From Monocercomonoides exilis PA203 (Eukaryota; Protista; Preaxostyla), in assembly GCA_001643675.2 (NCBI GenBank), contig LSRY02000012.1, forward strand, positions 310,001 through 374,000: 64,000 nt of DNA, read 5' to 3'. Shown here piece by piece: positions 11,450 to 25,445 of this stretch. Both the position numbers and the translations under genes were made by a program. Below the pieces are notes generated by a model. It was not told the origin of the DNA. It saw only the letters and a list, made by a program, of their open reading frames with translations, and searched no databases. Numbering within the stretch: position 1 is the stretch's first letter; every line of letters starts with the position of its first letter.

Positions 11450-13079
11450 CAAGAAATAATTGTTTGATCTTATTTTCTGCAATTGAGTATTGATTTTGAA
11501 AATGTTTCAAAAAAGAAAAAATTCATATCGAAACCCATATTTAAATAATCAAAATTCATTGTCAAACTTTTGAAAATAGAAAGCAATAAATCCTGTTGAA
11601 TTTTGAAAGAACTTGTTAGGAATGTTATTTGCCAATGAAATAAATTTGAAAAACATATTTAACATCCTGGGTTCTTGTGGGAACAGTCACAATTTAAAAA
11701 GATCAATTCTGTGGGAAAAACATGATGGCATTATTCATTATCTCAGATAACAGATGTTGAAATTAATAAAAATTTGATCAAGAATTTGCTATCTCTTTAT
11801 CTATCCATTTAATTGTATTTAATCGTTTTGCTTTTGTTATTAAATATCTTTCTTTTTTTGCTTTCATACATATCCTCATTGCATTGTTCTTGACTTTTTT
11901 CAGCTTTTTCTTCTTTCTATTACATCACAGCTTTTCATCAGAAGTGAACAAAACGCAATGATTGTGAAAAATGTGTTCCCTATTTAATGATTATCCATTA
12001 TCATCTTTTTTAAGTTCTTTACCTCTCAGTTCTTTGACTGCTATTATTTTTCAATTAACATTCTTCTATCTTTCAGAACGAAATTCATTCATGTTGCAGA
12101 AGCACATACTCAGTCTCCTCCCCATTGAATAATGCATCTTCCACAGCAAGCCACTCTTTTTTAGCCGGGGCGATAACATTGTTTTGAAAAGTTAGCGCTC
12201 AGCACCTTCGTGAAGAGCGCCTTTGATGCAACCATGGTCTCTTCATCTGTAACAACATTCACATCAGAGCATTAACATCGAGGCAACCACTGAAGATCAT
12301 TGCACTTCAATCTCCGCATCACACACATGCATAAATGAATGGCTTCGCTTGCTTCTTCCACGCAAATTCAGATTCTCATTCTTCTTTCTGTGCTCTTCAT
12401 CCTCTTCGATCTTCATCAGAAAAAGCAAAAGAATTTCATTTGATATTTCTTCATCTTCTTTTCCTTCCTCAACTCCCTCCTTTTCTTTTTCTTTGTTGTT
12501 TTCTGTTTTCTTTGTTTTTTTTTTCAAATCAAATGAAATATTATTTTTGTTGGAAAATCCTCGAAATTTGATTTCTTATTGAGACATTCATCTTTCATCG
12601 CTTGTTTCATTTTAAGATTAATTAATAATTGTGTTTTTTGTTAATAATCGAAATGTCATTTGCTTCCTTATGCTTTTATTTGTTAAATGAAATAAAGTTG
12701 AAACATATTTTCAATTAGATGAAATGATTTGAAAGAAATTAAAAACAGAAGGACAAAGGAAATATTGAACATTTTTGAACATTAACAGTTTTCAGGGAAT
12801 TGAATATAACATTATCTTTCAATTTTTTTCAACAAAACAAAATTTGTTGTTCCATGAATATGCGTTAACATTTCCATTTTTTCTAAAACATAAATTGAAT
12901 GAAATTTTCAATCATTTTGAAATCATCTTTTATAAATATATATAAAAAAGGCGATAGGGTTTCACGCATTCACTTTCTCAATGAACACTGAAGCCTCCGT
13001 TTCTTTTGCCTCTTATCATTAACATTATCCCTATGAGATTAGAAATAATGATCATGATCTTTTATTTTCATTTTTATAT

Positions 13080-14522
13080 ATGAGGAACTTGGCGCGTTCT
13101 ACACATTTGAACATAGCCTTTGTTCCAATATGCACATCATTTTATTCCTGGTTGGGTGTTATTCCTCCCTGTGATGCTGATCAATCCATGAAAGTTGACA
13201 GTTGCATTGATTTTCAACTTATCGCGAACAAGTCTTCCAAATTTCGATCGGCTTTGAAAAAGAACAAACAAGCATACTGCAAATTTAATGAGAATGAGAA
13301 GAAAAGAGGTGCGGATGCATTTTTCACTGCGATACAGACAGCTGGAGTGGAACCTTCATTCTATCGAGCAACCGAAGAGAAAGACTATTTGGGCAGCATG
13401 AAACACAACCGGCTCTTAAAATGTACCATCTCTGCGGCATCGGCAGCGACCGCATTGAATTCTGGTGAGCCACCGCGCTCTTTGCGAAAGAGGGAACAGA
13501 AGATGATTTTCCGAAGCAGGATATGATTGCTCTGGCGGAGCCGTGGAGAGAAGGCTTCGGAAAACTTGTGCCTAACGGAGCAGAAAGGTTATTTGCGAAG
13601 AAGAAAGACGGAAGCATCTTGGACGAGGTTCATCCGCTTGTTGTGAATCGGGTGTTTGCGATGCTGCAGACGAAGCGTCTTTTTCCGGTGAAGATAAACT
13701 TTGTACCTGACGTGTTGTTGTACTGCTATCCAGTCATTCTGAAGGAGAATAGCAGCCTTTTTGATTCGCTAGTGCATATGGGAAACAGTGAAGCCACGAT
13801 CGATTATGTTGCACAGTCTGCGGGGTATGGGCAGAGACAAGCAGATGAGCACATTTTGGAACAAGGGGAGAGAGACAAAGAGAAAGAAGAAAACAACGAA
13901 GAAAAAAAACCCCAGTGGTTAACGATGCAATGCTTTCAGATGTGGAGCTGCTTCATGCCGCGCTGCAGCTGGGATGTCAGTACATTAAAGAGAATGCATT
14001 CAACTATTTTGGCTTTATCTGCTCGAAATACTGACTGGTGAATGTGTTTGTGCAAAGCAACTGTTTGAGGAGCAGATGCGCCTGTCGCTCAGAGAGGAAG
14101 GAGCAGCGGTGAAGCAAAGGGGAAGCATGAGAGAAGGAGGAGAAGGAGGAGAAGAAGAAGAATGCAGAATCAATTAAGATGGAAGAAATAACTTATCTTC
14201 CTCTTCTTCTTCCTCCTTTTCAGTGCAGGAAGCGCTGAGGAGCCATCTTCACTGCACTCTATCTGAATTTCTTCTGTCGAGTGTGCTTTATTCACAGGCG
14301 ATGGCACAGCTTATGAGCCTGCAGAAGATATCGCCTGCGTACCACGCACTTCTGAGTGAATGTGTCAATGCTGCCTCATCTGTTGTGGCTGATAGGATGG
14401 TTGTTGACTTCATTCTCACACAGAAAAAATCCATTAAGGCTTTGGAAAGAAAGAGAAACAAGAAAGAAAAAGAGGAGGTTGATGCACCAGAAACTATTTG
14501 TGTCAAAATGTTCAATGATTGA
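13080..14522 (+). pseudogene. Disrupted gene copy of unknown product (cargo of the giant element)
   Basis: Three consecutive same-strand ORFs (13080-13526, 13523-14041, 14223-14522) with coding-like composition, broken by frameshifts or stops. Confidence 0.5.
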
Positions 14523-14636
14523 AGAATAAATGAATGTTTTAATTTTGGTAATAAAATATGAGAAGATAGATGTTTATTCTCATGTTAGTGATAAGCCTGA
14601 AATGAAAATGAAAAGAACAAGGAGTTAAATATATCA

Positions 14637-15620
14637 TTAAATATGCAGCAAGCAGTTCAAAGTGTCAATTGATAAACTCTGACGTCTTTCTCCCGCAATT
14701 CTTCGAGCCCTGGAAGATAATCTTTCACAAAAACATTCGCTACAAGGAGATTGGATTAGGCTGTGTGCAAATGATGAGTAAATTTTGTGAATGTCGCTTT
14801 TTCGAAACATATAAGAATAATAAATGAATGAATTATTTTCAATCACACATTTTTCGATTTCCATTTTTTCCAAAGATCTCTGAAACAACAGCAAACAACC
14901 TTCAATTATTTCTCCTTTTTCTTGACCAATAAAACTTTGAAAAGTCTCCCTAAAGCTGCAGACCATCCTCCCATACCAATCTCCAAACACTGCATCAAAA
15001 TTATCGAGCATTGTTTTCTCTTCCAGTTCGAAATTATGTGAATAAATTCTTTTCACTGATCCAAATGTCCCAAGGCACATTACATCATCATTTTCAACAT
15101 ATTCCTCCTCCAGTTCATGAAATTCATCATTTGTTGAGCAACAACATTCTTCCTCCTCATCCATAATATTGACGCTTTTCTGTTGTTCATCAAAATTTGT
15201 CTTTTTTTCTTCTTTGGAATGATATGCATTATCATTTGGATTTCTTTCATCAAAATCTTCCATATGGGTGATTCTTTTTGAAAAGTCTCAAATGTTCAAT
15301 TTTTTCAATAAATCGAAAATTTCATATTTTGCTAAATATTTTGTTAACAAAAAACAAACTTCACTTAAATGGAATCAATCACTTGATAATGTTATTTCAA
15401 ACATTCTTGAGGAGATTTGAGAGCTGAAACAGAAATTTGGGCAAAATAAGAAAATTTCGATTTTTTTGAAAATTAAACATTTGTGACTTTTCAAAAAGAA
15501 TAACCCATATATTCATCGTCAATTGCTTCGTTTACTGCACATAACAATCCGAATAGATCTTTGTCAAACTCTTCGTCTGATTCGTCCGCGCTGCTTTTCC
15601 ATCTCCATTTATAGTTAGCT
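14637..15620 (-). pseudogene. Acidic hypothetical-protein gene interrupted by a MITE
   Basis: Removing 15266-15506 plus one ATAT restores the frame ...LLCAVNEAIDDEY-MEDFDERNPND..., so the Met at 15263 is internal. Confidence 0.7.
15266..15506. mobile_element. MITE, 241 bp, GGGTGATT-ended, 4-bp TSD ATAT
   Basis: atat|GGGTGATTCTTTTTGAAAAGTCTCAAATGTT...AACATTTGTGACTTTTCAAAAAGAATAACCC|atat; long imperfect internal palindrome. Confidence 0.9.
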
Positions 15621-18049
15621 TGTTCAAAGAGTTTCAAAGAAATTCAATAAATCTATAAGAATATTATTTGAGCTTTTCTGGAAATTTTGTTGATCGAAAA
15701 CAAAAGGAATCAAACAAAATGTATCATTCATTGCTAAAACTGAAATTCTTTAACTCTTTTGAGTTTCAAAAATTCGTTCTTTGCTCATTTGTGATCTTTA
15801 ACGGTGTTTCTGAATAATAAATCCTTTTAAAAAACATCACTAAAGAAACAAAATGGGCAAGATCATCCAAAAAGTGTTTTATGAGGCAAACTGTGTCTGG
15901 ATCTTTGATTGACAGAATTTATTTGGCACATAATTTTTTTGATCATCCATTTTCAATGTTTTTTTTCGATTTCAAAAATCTACATAAACAAACAGATTTT
16001 GAAACCACATTTGAAATCGCAAACAATATAATGAAATTGAAATTTAATAACAAATGAGAAATTTATTATCAACGTTTAAACGTCCAGAAAAAAATTTTTT
16101 TTGAAATGAATTTCAATTTTTATAAAACATAAACCAAAAATGCCGGTTTCTTTTTAAATTATTAATTATTAATCAACAAATACAAAATATCAACAATCCC
16201 TGTGAAGTTCAGTAATTTCATGATCGATGATTTGATTAACAAATTCCATATTAAAAACAATTTGTTATTGTTCTTTCAGAAAACATCTACAAAAAAATAA
16301 ACGAACGCGATAAACGAAGGACGTTTTCGATAATTTGAAGATTTTAACAAAAGTGCATCTGTTCATTTTCTTCAATGATGAATAAATATGCAATGATAAA
16401 GTTTAGAAAAAAGTTTTAATTTTTTAGATATTCAAGTGTTTTTATAAAATCATGGTCTTGAAACAAAATGTTTCTTTTTCCTTTTCAATCAAGGTTTATT
16501 TGATTTGATTTGCTTATCAAATTGTTTCCTTTGATCATGGGCATTTAGAAAATATTAACCAATGAAAAGAAGCTTTTAAAACTGTTTAACTGGTATTTTA
16601 TGTATTCTTGGTTGATTTATTAAAAACATATATTCACCTTGATTCTATTCTTATCTTTTTCATTTATTGAAACAGTCAATATGACAGTTTTTCGGAAATG
16701 TTTTATTGTTTTTTGTTGTAACTTGAATTGGAAATTCAAAATTCAAACTTTCGATAGAACAATGGATTTTTTTTTTTATTTGAGAGCAAAATCGAAGGAG
16801 ATTTTTAGAGAAAAGATGATTGAAAAGAGAGAAGATCAATGAAATTCAGATTATTTCGAAGATTCCTTGAAATGGAACATAGCAATTGTTTATTTTTGAT
16901 GAAAGGAAAATTTATTTCGAAATAAAGAAAGGATAAATGGATGAGATAAAATGAAAAAAGGATTTTTCAATTATATCTTTATTTCCGTTTAAGAAAAGGT
17001 TATTATAGAGCTTTGTGTTCAATGGATTCAAAGGTTTCTCTCACCAGAGGAAAATGCAGAAGAGCATGTGAAAGAAGATAGGAAGCTATCCGCAAAAGGA
17101 ATATATGTTTCATCCGAAAACAATGCTTCAGAATGAATATGTGAAGTAGAAACGAACCGGATGAATAAGTTGGGAAACATGAGAGATGACAGCAAACTCA
17201 ACATAGCATATCAATCGGAAGAATACAGCAACTCCAACCTGACTTGGCAGGTATGCAAATGTTGCACAGAAGAAACCTTCAATTCATAAGAATTGAAAAG
17301 GATTAAAGAGTGAATATGATTAAAACAATTTGAACATAAATCTGATTGAAATTGCTGTTGATTTATCAAGATGCATTAAGTCCCATTTTGCTTGTTCATC
17401 CTAAGGAATCTTTTTTTCATTAGCTTGTTCATACACATTCATAGAATCAATCCGATTTTTATTTATTTATTCATTCCGTAGCAGTTCCCTCCTTCCCTGA
17501 TATCTTCAATCTTTTCACAAACAAATACAACTTTGAAGAAAGACAGAATTCATTCAAGAGACAATGCTGCAACATATTACCGAAGAATGTCATGCCTATA
17601 ATTCCAGTTGGGTGAAAAAATTTGAAAAATTACAATTTTCACCTGATTTGTTCCACAAAAAATCAACGAATGTTTTCAATCAACCGTAATTTTTTCTTGT
17701 TTGATTTATTCATTCTTTTATCTCAAACATAAGCATTTGACATATTTAAAATTACAGTTTTCTTCGTATATGTTATCAAACTGGTACAATTTTTAAAGTT
17801 TATTTGTATTTTTTTCTGTTTATAAACTGCAATTCATTCAACTTGAGTTTTCTTTTGCAACTTTTTTAACAAAATGAGTTTCACATATCTTTTATTTGAG
17901 ATATAACAATCATTATCTATGTAATCTCATAATGCAAATGAAACAAATTAACATTAGTTTATTATGGAGATTATTAATAATGATTGTGTGTTCCAACTTT
18001 TTTTTGTTCACTTTCTTGTTTGCTGTTTTCGCTCTGTTTTTGAGCTTTA

Positions 18050-21000
18050 TGTGTTTTGTGTGCTCTGGACTACGGAAAGAAGTTGACACCTACTTCACTG
18101 CCATCGCAGATAAAGCGCGCTGGGTCGCCGTTTGGGGGTGAAAGCACGCAATTGCTCTCGACGCCGTTCCAGCCTTCGAGCGCAACGAAGCGCGCTTCTG
18201 GGACTGCGGGCAAGCAGACGAAGTTGTTGGATCGATCTCTGACCCCCATTCGAAGAGAGAATGCGATTGCCACAAGTGTGTGATTTGGATATTTGTTGTT
18301 TTGTTTTTGATGAGTTGGCTGTCTTCTGTGGGTGTGGGGTTTTTGTGATGCGCCAGCTGTTGCGGGACTGGCCTTTGAGGAGCCTCGTGGGATGGAGGAA
18401 GACAAGACTGGCGATTTGTGTGGCAGTTCCTTTGAACGATGAAAAAAATGTGATTGAATTCTGTTTGGTGTATTTTTTTCAGGAACCCACCGTCGCAGAT
18501 TGACGACAGCGACTACTTCATGAGCCGGGCGAGGCTGCTGGCATCGAGGAAAATAACGTTTGGGGCGATGGAGCGACTGGGGAGCTATTTTATGCCGATG
18601 GAGGGGAATATGTAGAGAGAGTCGCGAGGGCCGCTGGTGACGTACACGAGGGAAGGGGTGAGGCGGCTGGGGGAGCGGTTTGAAGAGCTGATAGAGGCGA
18701 AGTGGATGGACCGGTTGGGGGCAGGGGAGCAGATTATGCACAACCAGATGTGCATTGATGTGACGCTTGGAGATGTGGGAGAGATGCTGGGGAATGCGGC
18801 ACAGCGAGGAAGGAGAGCTGCTGCACCAGATACGAGTGGAGTATGAGCGTGTGTATGGGGCGCTGTGGAAGGAGCAAGAGGCGGGGGCAGCGCGGGAAGG
18901 GCGGCTGCAGGAAGAGCTGAAGAACAAGGAGGAAGACCTGGAGAGGACGAAGGCGAATGCAGCGCAGATGCTGAGCGAGACGTGCGTGAAGTGCGAGGCG
19001 CAGGTAGCGGAGCTGGCGGGGGTGAAGGAGGGGCTGGGGCAGCAAATCCGGGAGCTGAAGGAGCAGCACGAGGAGGCGAAGCAGGAGATGGAGAAGCGGT
19101 ACTCGGAGTTCAACATGCTGCTGCAGAAGATCCGGGACGACGAGCGGATCTCGAAGCGGACGAGCGGGCTGGCGGAGCAGCTGCAGGAGAATGACAAGAT
19201 CATCCGGATGCGGGAGAGGAAGATCCTGGAGCTGAGCGAGAAGTACAATGCAGAGGTGAAGGAGCTGCAGGAGCAGCTGGCGGAAATGAAGGAGAAGGCG
19301 GAGTTTATTGATGTGGGGACTGAGAAGGAGAAGAAGCGGCGAACGCAGCAGGGCGGGGTGGTGAGTGAGGACAGCAAGGGAGCAGGAGCAGGAGCAGGGG
19401 TGCCGCTTGCTACGCCTTTTTCGTTGTCGTCTGCGGGAGGTGGAGTGGTTCCGTCTTTGGCGTCGTTGATCCTGCCCTTGGGGCTGTGTGAAAAGTTCCA
19501 GGAGAAGTTTGTTGTTAGCATCGGGGATGGCAGCGCTGTGATGGTTGGGCCAGACCCGAGCGGGAAGGGGGTTGTTGTGAAAGTGGGGAGCGGGGTGAGT
19601 GTTGTGGGCAAAGCAAACAGCTGTTGGGGAAAGTGTTCCAGTGGTGGAGAAGGAGGAGATATAACATGAGGCAGAAGAGAAACAAGTGGAGAAGGAAACG
19701 AAAATGATGATGGTGCTGTCAAAAGTGCAGGAGCAGAAGAAAATGAAGAAGTTAATGAAGAGACCTAGGAGTGACTGATTTTGCAGGTGAAGGAGCAAAA
19801 GAAACAGGTGGTACGGTGAAACTTTTACGTGAGCATGGAAGGTGAGGTTGATGAGAAAGGGGTAACTGCGCTGTTATTGCTGGAAGTTCCAATGGCGACG
19901 GAGCGGCTGATGAGAAAAGAATCATGGTCGTAGGGGCAGGTGGCGTCAGAAACGGTGCATGTGCTTCGGATGTAGCCCACGTGGAGGTCGTCTGTGCCGA
20001 TGGAGCGGCTGCTGACGTCGCTGAAGATGGGGCTGCTGCCGTAGCTGGTGCGTAAGCTGTCTACGTTCAGGGGGATATTCGGAGACAAGGTTGAGGCAGA
20101 AGTGGGCGGGGGTGGTGCCGGGTGGAGAGGGGCAGGGGCAGGGGCAGGGGTTTGGGGACTTTGTGTTCATGTGAATGTTGGAGAAACACATGGAGCAGAA
20201 GAAAAGTGAGCGGGTGCCGCAGGGGATAATCCACGAAGTGGAGTTTTTTTGGATGAAATTTGTGGATGTTAGGTTTTTGGTGAAGCTTGTGCCGGAGGAG
20301 TTTATGATTGACGAGCTATTGTTTTTCCAATTCTTCTAAACTGTGCTTGAAGGTGCGTCGAAGAAGAAGATCAAGATGTTATTTGGGGAGTTCGAAGGAA
20401 TGCAGTCGAAGAAGTGGGAGGCGGATAAATCTGTGTTTCTGGGGTTTCTGCAGAACTACTTCCGGGCAGAGGCAACGAAGCGGAAGGAGTCGATGAATGC
20501 GCTGTATGATGCGATATGCAGTGGCGATTCATCAACATCATCATCGGCTTCATCAACAACATCATCGTCATTGTCATCACCAGGGGCAGTGCGCAGAGGG
20601 ATCACGTACTCGGAGCTGGAGTCTCTTCTGTGTGTGTGCTATCCGCAGACGCCGCAGGCGCTGTCGCTGCGGATCTTCCGGGATGCGTACCGGCTGTCGG
20701 GCTGCTGTCTGCCATCGTTTACGTCTGTGCTGGAAGTGTGTCTGCAAAATGACTTCATGATGCGCTACTTGAAGCTGCCGGATGTGTGCGACACAACAGA
20801 CCGGTGGGCTCCTCTGAAAGCGTCTGAGAAAAATGCAGCTGTGAAGACGGTTTATTGCGGCTGGACAACCTAGTGTGGGTGCTTTCGGGGGTGTTGGCAG
20901 GTGTGTTGGCAGGGGTGTCAGCAGGGGGTAGGGCTGAAACAGCGAGAGGTGGTTGTACCGAAGGCGGTGACGAAGAAAGAAGTGAGGCGAGAGACGTTCC

Positions 21001-21250
21001 GGATGATGTAGCTGCTGGTGGAGCTGGTGGAGCTGCAGCTGGGGAGGAACGAGGCAGAAGGAGTGTTATGAATTTGGCTTCTGCAGAGAAACGGGAAGTG
21101 TTTGAAGCTGTTTCAATAGCCAATGGCATGCAGGCAGGAGGGAAGAGGAGCCATATTTTTCAATGTTTCACAATTGTCTGCTTCTTCAGCTCCATACTTA
21201 TAAGTTCTGAGTTCGAAAGAGATATCCATAAACAATATGTTCCTTTCTTT
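18050..21250 (+). pseudogene. Decayed GC-rich coiled-coil protein gene (weak resemblance to axonemal dynein light-chain domain proteins)
   Basis: Coiled-coil ORF 18767-19669 (EEGELLHQIRVEYE...) is linked by a frameshift to the upstream 18637 ORF; the 19850-20340 frame has several in-frame stops before ORF 20343-20873. Confidence 0.6.
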
Positions 21251-23117
21251 TGAGTCAACATTATGTTCGATCGATCCATCAGTTTACCCGATCACATTTT
21301 CATCAACAACTTCAATCTCAACGAAATCGTCTTAATTTCCATATTCTTCTTTTTTTTCTTAATTTTTCCCTCTTTTTCCCCCTTTCTCTTTGTTCATCTT
21401 CTAATTTTTTTTCATTCTTTTTCATCCACTTTTCTCTTTCAATCCATGTTTTTTAATAATTTTCTTTTTCTTCATAATCAAACAGAATTTGTTTTCTTTC
21501 ACTCAATTATTTGTTAGACATCTTTTTTCATCATTTCACCAATTCCTAACTCTCGCTTTTTGCTTTACAAGATTCTTCATAAATGCCTTTCAAAATCTTC
21601 AAAAAAAGTTTTTTTTCTTTTCCAATGATTTTTATTTTTTCGGCTGCTCATTCTTCAATGCGCCTCTCCATTTATTATCTTCCGATTTCATAAACGCACT
21701 CAGCTCTCTCTCTCTTTCCACATTCCATTAGCTTTCGTTGGTATCGAACATACTTGAAAAAAATAACCTAATTTTAATTTTAAACAATAATTGACGAAAT
21801 AATCATAATTCAGACAATTAGTAAACCAATAACTTTTGTTGTGATTATTCTTCACAAATTTTCTTCTTTTTTTCTGAGAACGAAATCTGTTAGTCTCGTC
21901 TTTGCTTCGTTATTAATTCCTAAAAAAAAATAGTCAAATCCCCACTTCTTTTTATTCTTTCACTCAAATGACTCCAATTGCTCGCCTCCTAAAAACAAAC
22001 AAAGAAAGTTAAAAGGCGTTGATGATGCTGATGTAGATGAAGGCAAAAACGGATAGGAAAATAAGGAAGGTTAAGAAGAATTTAAAAAAAAAGATAACTT
22101 GTTGAATGAAACATGGCGAAAATGATAAAAGCGAATAACGTTTATGAAAAATACATATATTTAACAAAGAAAAGTTGATCGGAAGGAGCGCAACAAAAAA
22201 AATAATCTGGATTATTCATTTGAAGGTTGAAAAAATTACAGAAAACAGAAATAACATTGAATAAATTCTTGTTTGGTTCTGGAAGATTATGAAGATGCAA
22301 TTTGATAAATTTCACTTGTCATAATCTTCCAGAAGTTGCGGAAAATGAAACAAGGAGAAAAAGAGGTTTTTTGGTAAAGGGTTATTCGAATGTCAGTTCA
22401 ATGAAGAATAAAAGATGAAGAATTTAATTCAGTTGCAAAATTTTTAAAAACTTGAATTGTCAATTGTGAACAATTTTACTATCAAACATAACGTTGAAGA
22501 ATTATTTTGAAAATAATAAATAATTGAAACTGGAAAGTTCACAAACTGATATCGCTTCACGTTCCGACACATTGTGAAAAATTACTGTCTTTCAGAGAAG
22601 TCTTGTGTTCCTTTTTTTGTCAATAGAATGATAATGAATTTTATTTTGTTGGATAATCAAAACAATTTCATATAACCTATTATTCATTTCGCTCATCTTT
22701 TTCAATTTATTTTGCGGTTAATAATTTTCATTCCTTTGTTCCTTTCATTCGTTGCTTTGTTATTTTCAATGCAACATTTTCGATTTAGCTGAACTTCTGT
22801 TTTTGAAAAACAATTACATAAAAATAAGCTCTATTAATTGATCAAATATTTCCTTCTGCAGTGTTTCATAATTGAAACATCTTCTCTTTTCGAATCAGCT
22901 GCAAACAACAAAAAGTTAAAAAAGTTTGATATAAAGAGAGGAACAACAGAAAAGATGAAAACAAACAGTTTTCACAAGAAGTTCACTTTAAATTAATGAA
23001 TTTTCCATTTCCGCATTTACAAAGTTAAAAAATATTCGACAAAGTTTCGATAATTAAGTTTTTTGTATAAAAGATGGGAAAAACCATTATTACTTCGTCA
23101 ATTTGTTTGGTTTCGCA

Positions 23118-25395
23118 GGCATAGGTTCAAACGCGTTCCTTTTGCAATTTGCGTTTTTTAACCCTCAAATTATAACGAATTAATAGATAATAATTATTAA
23201 AAAACTTTTTATGGACCGATTTTTCGAAAAAAATTTTTCTTGTTGAAAAAAATGATTGTTGAAAAATGACCCATAAAAACATGAATTTCAAAGAAAAATA
23301 TTCAAATTGAAAAGAAAATGTGATTTTTGGACATCCAATGTGTTTTTATTTTAATTTTATTTTATTTATTTAATTAATTTTATAAGAAAAAAACTTTAAT
23401 CACGTGTTAAAATATTAATAAAATGACTTTGATCTAACCCACAATAAATTTATTTATTATATGAAAAGTAAAATATGCTGTTTGAGCAGAAATCGAACTC
23501 AAAAGTTTGTGGTTTGTTCGCTTTTATGTGTTAAAATAAGTATATAATTATATGCCCACTTGTTTTATTTTAAAAACAGCTCCTTTTTTCAAACAGATTA
23601 TCATGTTTTTTTTCGCTTGAATGTTTTAAAGCTGCAAATTTTTAATTTCAAATAAGGTTGCAATGGAACGCAAAAGGTTTATATAGTTTTTTTCATCAAA
23701 TAAATATTAATTTAGCTAATTTCCTACGAATTTTTTCTAAATTTTTGGAATATTAATATTTTTTTGTATTAGGCTCGATCATAGCATGCTTAAAAAAATC
23801 AATGTTGCAAAATTAAACATTACCTACACAAAATAGCTCAATATTTAGAAATAAAAACATGTACTAAATAAAAGTTTGGTTTTTTTTACCATTAAAAAAG
23901 AATTGTTTGAAATTGATTTATTTTACTCTAACAGTGAATTTGATGTTGTAATATGTAGAAGCGAGGAAGAACCATGCCAGACGATGAAGAAATGGATGGA
24001 AAACATGGAAAAGGAAAGTGGAATGAAGACAATTCAGATTGAAGGATCAACTATTATTCGAGATTCATTCAATGCATCCAATTGCCAGATTAAAACAGCT
24101 GCATCGATGTGAGAAGAAAATGTGAAAGCCAAATTGAATTTTGAAAAGGCAATTGGAAGTCAGCTGGAATATTTCGTGGGAAATAATATTCATCTTGAAT
24201 TGATAAATATCCAATTACAACTAGCATCGGGATTTGACAACTCGGCCAAAACAATTATTTCTAACAGAGATGGTGAATTGGTGATAACTGGATGTTCATT
24301 CCATTCAGAAGCAGGAGTGAACAATGGATTTGATTGCATATTTGTGGATGTGATTGGAGGGAATGTGGAAGTGAATGATGAAGGATCATTCACACAAGAA
24401 TGACTTGTTGGCTGTTCGAGTTCACTGGCAATGAGGAGACTTTCATTAGTTGCGAAAGGTCAGATGAATCCAAGGAGAAGTGCATTCATTCATTCAACAT
24501 CAACACTCAGTCTGACGAACTGTTCAGTCTCATTTGAGAGTGGGGCATTGACTGATGGAAAGATCGGAAACAATGTGATAAACATTGAGGGAGGAGAACT
24601 GATTGTTGATGGATTTGTGATGGAAAGTTCATTGAAAATGAATGAGAATTCACCAATAACGATGACAAGTGGAGTGCAATTGGAGATTTTGAATAGCAGA
24701 GTGAGTGGAGTGGAAGTGAATGTGGCAGGTGGAAGTGGAGGTGGGGGATGCTTGAATGTTGGGATGGGCGTTAATGGGAATGTGAAAATTGAAGAAAGCA
24801 ATATATCCTCGACATGCTCAGGTGGAAGTGGAATGAAAGGAGGAGGGATTATGATATCAGTGGGGAATGGGGGGAACTTGGAAATGAATAATGTGAAATT
24901 ATCAGAATGCGAAGTGTCATCGAGTGAGGAAGAAATAAGAGGAAAAGGATTTGGAGGAGGGATATTTGTGAGTTTGGGTGAGACAATTGATATATTTTCA
25001 TTGGAGAGCATGACATTTGTTGGGTGCAATGCCTGGAAAGGGAAGAATGTGTTTGTTTCGGGATGGGATCTGAGTGAGATTGCGGACAAAGATAACTTCA
25101 AATGGGAGATGAGTCCACGGGAGTTGGGATCAATGGATGAGTTGTGTGGATGGGAGGGGAAGACGACAGGAGAGAAGGGATATGTGATTCCACTTGTTGT
25201 GTATTTGTGGAGCAATTGCAGCAGGAATGGGTTTGTATCGAAGGAGAAAGGAGGAGACTTCAGTGGTTGTGGGTTTTCTGAAGCACCGTTTATATCGATT
25301 GACCACCTGATATCACTTCGATATCCAACGCTTGGAGAAGGGGAAACACATATTTCCATTGTGGGATCAGGTTTGCTGAGCCATTTCATTTCATT

Positions 25396-25445
<50 letters not shown>

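Noticed and set aside
18070-19798. Long minus-strand ORFs of 550 aa and 354 aa
   Set aside because: Antisense shadows of the GC-rich plus-strand coiled-coil sequence.
22379-22400. GGGTTATTCG as the left TIR of the Sola-like transposase element
   Set aside because: No matching inverted copy found downstream of the transposase.
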